Source: Candidatus Hodarchaeota archaeon (GTDB lineage: Archaea > Asgardarchaeota > Wukongarchaeia > Wukongarchaeales > Wukongarchaeaceae). Taken from it: a DNA stretch of 24,000 nt. The stretch lies in NCBI GenBank assembly GCA_048886645.1, contig JBHLKN010000016.1, forward strand, positions 5,904 through 29,903. Direction: 5' to 3'. A program made the position numbers and the translations under genes. Below, piece after piece: positions 17,714 to 24,000 of this stretch (position 1 is the first letter of the stretch; the number at the start of each line of letters is the position of its first letter). A model generated the notes under the pieces. The model was given only the letters and a program-made list of their open reading frames with translations. It was not told where the DNA came from and ran no database searches.

Positions 17714-18880
17714 GTGATAGCAATGTCAAAAGGTCGTCAGAAAGAGCTTTCAGCCATGCAGGAGCTTCATCAATATGTCATTTCTTATGCTAAGAAAGCT
17801 ATTGAGCACGAGAAGAAAGGTCAGAAAAAAGCGGCTTTAGACAACTATATTAAAGCTGTGGAAATTCTTAATAAGATGATTAGGTGGGCTCCAACGCCTG
17901 AGCAAAAAGAGGCTTACTATAAAAAAGCTAAGACATATCTTTCTAGGGCTTGGGAGATTAGAAAGGAGCTGAAAGCGCCTAGAGGAGAGATAAGTGCGGA
18001 AAAAGGAGAGTTAAGTGCTGCTATTCAAGATGCTATAATCACGGAAAGGCCTACGATAAAGTGGGATGATGTTGCTGATTTAGAGTCTGCTAAGCAAGCT
18101 TTAAGAGAGGCGATAATCCTCCCGTTATTACGCCCTGATCTATTTAAAGGGGCTCGTAAACCTTGGAAGGGCGTCTTATTATTTGGACCACCGGGTTGCG
18201 GTAAAACCCTCTTAGCTAAGGCGGTTGCTTCCGAATGTGATGCCACTTTTTTTAATGTTAGTGCCGCTACTTTAGTTTCAAAGTGGTTAGGGGAGTCTGA
18301 GAAGCTTGTAAGGGAACTTTTCAAGTTTTCAAGAGAAAAACAGCCTTCAATAGTTTTCTTTGACGAAGTTGATGCTATAGCTACTACGAGGGGAGGGACA
18401 GAACACGATGCCATTAGGCGGGTGAAACTTCAATTAATGCAAGAAATGCAAGGGTTGATGTCTGATAGCGAGCAGATGGTCGTAATTGGGACGACTAATA
18501 TTCCCTGGCATATTGATCCTGCCTTTAGGCGTAGGTTTGAAAGGCGGATTCTAGTTCCCCTTCCTGGAAAGGAGGCAAGGGAACAGATTTTCAAGATTCA
18601 TACCAGGGATGTAGAATTGGATGAAAGCGTAGACTTTAGCCTTCTTTCAGAGATAACTGAAGGGTTTTCTGGGGCAGATATTGAAATAGTTTGCCGAGAA
18701 GCGATTATGAATCCTGTAAGAGAAATGGATAAAAGCGGTCTATTGAAGGATAAAGAAGCAAAAATAAGACCTGTTACAATTGGAGATTTCGAAAAAGCTC
18801 TTCAAAAAATAAAACCCACAGTAGCCCCAGAAGAACTCCTTGCCTACGAAGAATGGCAACAAGAATTTGGAAGCGTTTGA
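17714..18880 (+). CDS. Vps4/CdvC-type AAA ATPase with N-terminal MIT domain (probable start ATG 17723)
   Basis: MIT-like helices (LHQYVISYAKKAIEHEKKGQKKAALDNYIKAVEILNKMIRW), Walker A FGPPGCGKT, Walker B IVFFDEVDAIA, SRH IDPAFRRRFERRI, C-terminal Vps4-like helix. Confidence 0.94.
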   Translation: MIAMSKGRQKELSAMQELHQYVISYAKKAIEHEKKGQKKAALDNYIKAVEILNKMIRWAPTPEQKEAYYKKAKTYLSRAWEIRKELKAPRGEISAEKGELSAAIQDAIITERPTIKWDDVADLESAKQALREAIILPLLRPDLFKGARKPWKGVLLFGPPGCGKTLLAKAVASECDATFFNVSAATLVSKWLGESEKLVRELFKFSREKQPSIVFFDEVDAIATTRGGTEHDAIRRVKLQLMQEMQGLMSDSEQMVVIGTTNIPWHIDPAFRRRFERRILVPLPGKEAREQIFKIHTRDVELDESVDFSLLSEITEGFSGADIEIVCREAIMNPVREMDKSGLLKDKEAKIRPVTIGDFEKALQKIKPTVAPEELLAYEEWQQEFGSV

Positions 18881-18883
18881 ATT

Positions 18884-19618
18884 TTGAGAAAGAGAAAAAC
18901 AGGAATATTGAAAAAGTGGCATGAAATAGCTGAAAAATTTGCAAAGGAAACAGATGTCCAATTAGAAGATCGCATTATTTTTTCATGGGATAATTTCAAA
19001 GAAAGGATTCTTTCTTTGAAAAATCGTTTGGGGTTTAGTGGTGAAACTTTAGACTTTTTGGGCTATTCGGTTGATCTAAACACTGGGGGCGTAGTTGACC
19101 GTTTACTTGACTATACCTTGGATAAAAATCCTTTTGTCAGTTATCTGGCTTATTATTCTGAATCTTTTGAGACTGTTTTGGATGAGGATAGGTGGATTAA
19201 GTTCCGGCATTTGCCTGGCGGTGTATCGTTTGAAAATGCTTTTAGGGTTCAGGTTGAGGGATGGATTTTAAACCGTTTTTTAGAAGATGATGAAGACATT
19301 TTGAGAGATGAGAAGATAGCAGAAAAGGCTTTAGTTTTAATCGGGGCTAAGCGTGAGAAGTTTGGCGATTTTTCCTTTTCTATTAACACCTTGCCCCGTG
19401 TAACGCTTGCCGTTGTTTATAATGAAGGTGTTGAAGAGTTTGAGCCAAATGTTTCGGTTTTTTTTAAAGAATCTGCTCAATATTACCAGCCTACCGAGCT
19501 TCTAGCTCACCATGGAGTACTGCCTATGGTTGCTTTTGAACGGGCTAGAAGAGCGGTTTTAGGCTTTGAAGAAAGCGGTTTGCCGCAGTTTATTAGTAAA
19601 TATTTACGGTTTGATTAA
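18884..19618 (+). CDS. Conserved protein, possibly DUF3786-like
   Basis: LPRVTLAVVYNEGVEEFEPNVSVFFKESAQYYQPTELLAHHG is reminiscent of DUF3786 proteins; recalled resemblance only. Confidence 0.4.
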   Translation: MRKRKTGILKKWHEIAEKFAKETDVQLEDRIIFSWDNFKERILSLKNRLGFSGETLDFLGYSVDLNTGGVVDRLLDYTLDKNPFVSYLAYYSESFETVLDEDRWIKFRHLPGGVSFENAFRVQVEGWILNRFLEDDEDILRDEKIAEKALVLIGAKREKFGDFSFSINTLPRVTLAVVYNEGVEEFEPNVSVFFKESAQYYQPTELLAHHGVLPMVAFERARRAVLGFEESGLPQFISKYLRFD

Positions 19619-19691
19619 AACGCAAAAAAAGGGATAAGCAGGAAATTGAGAAGGTGGTTTTTTTGTGGATTTATTTAAGTATGAGGGGGAG

Positions 19692-19699
19692 TATATAAT
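19692..19699 (+). promoter_or_regulatory. Putative TATA box for the Vps25-like gene
   Basis: tatataat about 50 nt upstream of ATG 19751. Confidence 0.4.
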
Positions 19700-19750
19700 T
19701 AATATATGAGTTCTATTAAACTGGTAAGATTTTTGAAGGTGTAGCGTGGT

Positions 19751-20509
19751 ATGGAAAGAGTGGAGGAAAAGGATGAGAAGGTTAAAAAGAAAGAAGAGGA
19801 TGTTGAGGAGGAAGAAGAAGAAGAGCTTGGAGAACTTGATGAATTGTTAAGTGAACTGGAAGTTGAGCTTGAGAGTTTAGAAAGCGTTGAAGCCCCTTCT
19901 ATTGAGGAGGAAGTTGTTGAGGAAATTGTCGTAGTGGAGCGTCCTCCTGTTGTAGAGGAAAAGGAAAGGGAGGAAAGGCGTGTTTCTGAGGCTATTAAAG
20001 AGATATTGCCTCCTTGGATTGATAAGCCTTGGATGTATATAAAGCCTGAAAAAGCCGATCATTTAGAGAGTTGGTTGAATGATTGGGGGGATTTTTTGGT
20101 TGATTTGTGTCGGGTGATGGTTAAGCATGTAGTTAATTTAATGCATTTGAGGTCTAGGTTTCCGTTTAAAAATCCAATTTGTAAGAAAAATCTTACTCTT
20201 AATCATATGCAGGATGTTGGGGAGTATTTGGTGTCTAGTGAGAGGGCTGCTTGGTGGGATTCGGGGAGGCTAAGGTTGCGGGTTTATTGGATGGCTCTTG
20301 AGGAGTGGGCGGAGGAAATCTTTCAGTGGGCTTTTGAGCGTGGTGAAACAGTGGTCACGTTTTTTGATCTTGTTAACGCAGGGGAACGTTGGAGTTCATT
20401 GCCTCCAAGAGATTTGAAAGCTGTTTGTGAGATTTTAGTAAAAAAAGGACAAGCTCGCTGGCTTGATGATAAGAAGAAGTCGTTAGAGTTTAGGTTTTTC
20501 GATGTATAA
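19751..20509 (+). CDS. ESCRT-II Vps25-like protein with an acidic, disordered N-terminal extension
   Basis: LPPWIDKPWMYIKPEKADHLESWLNDWGDFLVDLCR... RLRVYWMALEEWAEEIFQWAFERGETVVTFFDLVNAGE...LKAVCEILVKKGQARWLDDKKKSLEFRFF parallels eukaryotic Vps25 (PP-F-TLQPN...W, EEWGKLIYQWV...VFTLYELTNGE, terminal winged helix). Confidence 0.78.
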   Translation: MERVEEKDEKVKKKEEDVEEEEEEELGELDELLSELEVELESLESVEAPSIEEEVVEEIVVVERPPVVEEKEREERRVSEAIKEILPPWIDKPWMYIKPEKADHLESWLNDWGDFLVDLCRVMVKHVVNLMHLRSRFPFKNPICKKNLTLNHMQDVGEYLVSSERAAWWDSGRLRLRVYWMALEEWAEEIFQWAFERGETVVTFFDLVNAGERWSSLPPRDLKAVCEILVKKGQARWLDDKKKSLEFRFFDV

Positions 20510-20564
20510 CATCAGGTTTTTTTAACACGTAACATTTTTTATTTCTTAATGTCATTTTCTTTTC

Positions 20565-23177
20565 TTGGGTTGGTTTATTATGGCGTATTGTACTTTGGAT
20601 CAGTGGGTCTCAAGAGGAGTAGAGGAGACGGGAAAGCATTTAGAGCTTGAATCATCCGTTGTTGAAACGGAATCTTCTACTGATGTTTTTAAGGGGTTTT
20701 CTGATAAAAACGTGTTTTTATTGCTTGGAGTTTGTTACGATGCTCAAAGCAATAAGGCATCTTTGATTCTTTATGATATTGAGAGGGAGGATGTTGTTAG
20801 GTGGGTTGATAGGACGGGTCATAAGCCCTATTTTCTTACTAACATGTCTCCAGAAGAGTTGTGGGAAAAACCAGCGTTTTCCCAAATTGATGGGAAAATA
20901 GTGGAGATGTTAGATGTTTCTTTAAAAAATTTGATTAGGGATAAAGAGGCTAGAATGACGAAAATAGTAACAAATAATCCTCTTGATGTTCGCTCTCTCA
21001 GAAATTTTGTACCTAAGGCTTGGGAGGCGCATATTAAGTATTACTTAAACTATATCTATGATCTGGGGATAGTTCCAGGGCATTTTGTTAAGATTGAAGG
21101 GGATAGAGTTTCGCGTTTGGATTTCGGTGAAAAGGATGTTCTGGAAGAGTTTGTGTTTCTTTTTAAAGAAAAGGGTTTAGAGTCTCGTTATAAGGATCTT
21201 GTTGAGGAGTATATGCCGCTTTTCATCTCTCCTATCCCAGACATTAAGCGTGTTGCTATTGATATAGAAGTGTATGCTTCTGTTGAGGGGCGAATGCCTG
21301 ATCCAACCGATGTTGAGGAGGAAGTTATAGCAGCATCAATAGTAGATAACAGGGGAAGAAATGAAGTAATCTTACTGGACAGAGAGGGAAAAGTTTCTGA
21401 AAAGGAGCAGAAGAACTTTATAATCACTTCTGTGGATACGGAAAAAAAGCTCATTGAAGAACTGTTTAAGGTTTTGGACAGTTATCCTGTTGTTTTAACT
21501 TTTAACGGCGATAATTTTGATCTTAAATATCTCTATAACCGTGCTATTAAGCTTAAAATTCCCAAGGAAAATATTCCGATAATTTTGGGGAAAAACGCCG
21601 CTTCACTCAGAAAGGGTGTTCATGTCGATTTATATCGTTTTTTCATTAACCACTCCATCAAGGATTCAGCTTTTGGGGGAAGGTATAAGGAAGGAACGTT
21701 AGATGCTGTGGCTAAAGCTTTGGTTGGTGAGGGAAAACTTGAGATAGAAGATTTTGTATCAAAGCTCGGATCTTATGAATTAGCAAATTACTGTTGGCGT
21801 GACAGCGATATCACATTAAAACTTACAACTTTTGACAGCGATTTAGTGATGAAACTTATAGTTCTCCTTATGAGAATCTCAAGATTACCCATAGAAGATG
21901 TTACAAGGTTTGGTGTAAGTATCTGGATAAAAAACCTCTTTTATCATGAACATAGGCGCAAAAACTATCTGATACCCCGCTATGAGGATATAAAAGAAAA
22001 AGGTTCTGCGGTGACAAAGGCCATAATTAAGGATAAAAAGTATAAGGGGGCTATTGTGGTAGAGCCTGAGGAGGGTATACATTTCAAAGTTAAAGTTTTA
22101 GACTTTTCAAGCCTATACCCAAGCATAATCAAAACCCATAATCTTTCTTATGAGACAGTTAATTGCCCCCATCCAGAATGTGGAAACAAGAAAGTGCCAG
22201 ATACCACCCATTGGGTTTGTGAGAAAAATGATGGAATAATGTCATTAATAATCGGGTTTTTAAGGGATATAAGGGTTTTTTGGTTCAAGCCTAGATCCAA
22301 AGATAAAGGTTTGACGCAAGCGCAAAGGGAACTTTATTCTGTGGTGGAACGTTCGGTAAAAGTTTTTGTAAACGCAAGTTATGGCGTTTTAGGTGCAGAA
22401 ACTTTTCCTCTCTATTGCCCTCCTGTTGCTGAAAGCACTACCGCCATCGGTAGATACGCTATAACTCAAACAATAAAAAGAGCAGAAGAAATCGGTATCA
22501 ATGTTCTTTATGGTGACACTGACTCGTTATTCATTAAAAACCCCACAACTGAACAAATTAACGGCTTGATTAAATGGTGTCGCAAAGAGTTAGGGTTGGA
22601 TCTTGAGGTGGATAAAGTTTATCGATATGTGGCATTAAGCGCTCGAAAAAAGAACTATTTAGGCGTTCATAAAGATGGGCTTGTGGACGTTAAAGGCCTT
22701 ATGGGAAAGAAGCGAAACACGCCAAAATTCTTAAGAGAAGCCTTTTATACCATGCTCGAAGAACTTGGAAAAGTAACTTCTATAGAAGAGTTTGAAGAGG
22801 CAAAAGAAAAGATAAGAGAAATAGTTAGAAAATGTTACCGAAAACTCGAAAATGGAGAATACTCCTTCGAAGATCTCTCTTTCACGATTCAACTCAGTAA
22901 AGAACCAAAAGAGTACGTAAAAACAACCCCCCAGCATGTAAAAGCAGCCAAGCTTTTAGAACAAAAAGGAAGAACGATTAAGAGGGGCGATATAATAAAC
23001 TTTGTAAAAGTTAGAGGATCCCAAGCAGTAGTACCTATAAGCCAAGCAAGCAAATATGAAATCGATGTCCCAAAATACAAAGAGCACATACAAACAACTT
23101 TCAGCCAAGTTTTAGACTCATTAGGTATAAGCTTTACAGAGGTTTTAGGCCTTACAAGCCTAGATACTTTCCTCTAA
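20565..23177 (+). CDS. polB: Family-B DNA polymerase with intact 3'-5' exonuclease and polymerase motifs (probable start ATG 20580)
   Basis: Exo I VAIDIEVYA, Exo II TFNGDNFD, Exo III YCWRDSD, Pol A DFSSLYPSII, Pol B KVFVNASYGVLGAE, Pol C YGDTDS, KKNYLG. Confidence 0.97.
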   Translation: MGWFIMAYCTLDQWVSRGVEETGKHLELESSVVETESSTDVFKGFSDKNVFLLLGVCYDAQSNKASLILYDIEREDVVRWVDRTGHKPYFLTNMSPEELWEKPAFSQIDGKIVEMLDVSLKNLIRDKEARMTKIVTNNPLDVRSLRNFVPKAWEAHIKYYLNYIYDLGIVPGHFVKIEGDRVSRLDFGEKDVLEEFVFLFKEKGLESRYKDLVEEYMPLFISPIPDIKRVAIDIEVYASVEGRMPDPTDVEEEVIAASIVDNRGRNEVILLDREGKVSEKEQKNFIITSVDTEKKLIEELFKVLDSYPVVLTFNGDNFDLKYLYNRAIKLKIPKENIPIILGKNAASLRKGVHVDLYRFFINHSIKDSAFGGRYKEGTLDAVAKALVGEGKLEIEDFVSKLGSYELANYCWRDSDITLKLTTFDSDLVMKLIVLLMRISRLPIEDVTRFGVSIWIKNLFYHEHRRKNYLIPRYEDIKEKGSAVTKAIIKDKKYKGAIVVEPEEGIHFKVKVLDFSSLYPSIIKTHNLSYETVNCPHPECGNKKVPDTTHWVCEKNDGIMSLIIGFLRDIRVFWFKPRSKDKGLTQAQRELYSVVERSVKVFVNASYGVLGAETFPLYCPPVAESTTAIGRYAITQTIKRAEEIGINVLYGDTDSLFIKNPTTEQINGLIKWCRKELGLDLEVDKVYRYVALSARKKNYLGVHKDGLVDVKGLMGKKRNTPKFLREAFYTMLEELGKVTSIEEFEEAKEKIREIVRKCYRKLENGEYSFEDLSFTIQLSKEPKEYVKTTPQHVKAAKLLEQKGRTIKRGDIINFVKVRGSQAVVPISQASKYEIDVPKYKEHIQTTFSQVLDSLGISFTEVLGLTSLDTFL

Positions 23178-23207
23178 AAACAGTAAAAACTGAAAATAGG
23201 CTTAAAG

Positions 23208-23867
23208 TTAAAACGTGTTTTTCTTAATAAAGTGTTCATAATTTTCTTTCAATTTTTGGAGGATTAATTTCGCTTCTGAGAGTTTATTGTTTACAAAAGA
23301 TTTCAGGAAGCGTTCGACTAATGAATCTTTTTTCTCTTCGTCATACTCGATGATTTCCAAGTAAATTTCCAATTTCTCTTGGTCTCTTTTTGCGCATTCT
23401 ATTACGTTTTCAAGTTCTGCAGTAGATATAAGGAGCTCTACGATCTTTTCTCTGCTTTTATCAACATTAGAAATAAACTCGATAAAGTCATTTAAAAGGA
23501 ATACTTTTCCGTATTTTTCACTAACAACAGTTTCTATAGAATCGAATCGGAGGTTTTTAACAAAACTTATTAGAAGTTTATGAATGAAAGCACGCTCATC
23601 AAACCATGACTGAATTTGGTCTAACACCCTTTTTATAGTATTTTTTTGGATCTTAAGAAAAGTTGTATAATCATAAAGTTGAATGGCTAAACTTTCTGTG
23701 TCTATTTTTCTTTGAATTTCTTCTCTTAAAGCTAATAGCAATATTCTCTCATGGATATTAGAAAATTCCTTTATAAGTTCCGTTTTTTCTGATAATTTAA
23801 CTTTGTTATCACGTTCTTTATCTTTTAAAATACGCCTTTCTCCCATGGATGGAAACTTAGGCTTCAT
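23208..23867 (-). CDS. Hypothetical, mostly helical protein (219 aa)
   Basis: Long uninterrupted ORF with plausible archaeal composition; no recognisable motif. Confidence 0.6.
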   Translation of the reverse strand: MKPKFPSMGERRILKDKERDNKVKLSEKTELIKEFSNIHERILLLALREEIQRKIDTESLAIQLYDYTTFLKIQKNTIKRVLDQIQSWFDERAFIHKLLISFVKNLRFDSIETVVSEKYGKVFLLNDFIEFISNVDKSREKIVELLISTAELENVIECAKRDQEKLEIYLEIIEYDEEKKDSLVERFLKSFVNNKLSEAKLILQKLKENYEHFIKKNTF

Positions 23868-24000
23868 AAGATATATTCCCCCTCTTTAAACAAATTAAAC
23901 AATGTCATACGGTCGTATTACCTTATTCCTTGTTATTTATAATAGCGTTTTATTAAAAACTTTTTGTAAATAGTTGCCGATTTATCTTTCCTAAAGACAA

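Noticed and set aside
18025-18414. 129-aa minus-strand ORF inside the Vps4 gene
   Set aside because: Opposite strand to Walker A/B coding sequence; spurious.
1-24000. CRISPR array or phage/defence island
   Set aside because: No regularly spaced direct repeats, cas genes, phage structural genes or integrase seen; the only mobile signature is the solo tnpB.

Overview
AT-rich archaeal chromosomal window, probably Asgard or Asgard-like judging by its eukaryote-like gene content. Confident calls are a type II GAPDH, archaeal DnaG primase, an M24 peptidase, CofC and CofD (F420 biosynthesis), an Rpb5/RpoH-type RNA polymerase subunit, tRNA-Arg(GCG), a solo TnpB, two different ESCRT-III (Snf7-family) proteins, a HerA/FtsK-like ATPase, a SAM methyltransferase, a MIT-AAA Vps4/CdvC ATPase, an ESCRT-II Vps25-like protein and a family-B DNA polymerase. 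The main candidate observations are: (1) dnaG is split by an out-of-frame 32-nt segment whose flanks can fold into a relaxed bulge-helix-bulge (BHB), so it may be a tiny archaeal mRNA intron. (2) A FYVE/RING-like zinc finger, PH/GRAM-like region and duplicated SHOCT-like repeats sit in one protein beside the ESCRT genes. (3) A two-domain, eukaryotic-type Rpb5 leads the cofD-cofC-peptidase operon. (4) The ESCRT neighbourhood also holds a HerA-like ATPase between the two ESCRT-III genes. (5) A secreted or membrane protein resembles OST48/Wbp1. All family calls come from reading motifs and remembered family sequences; no database search was run.
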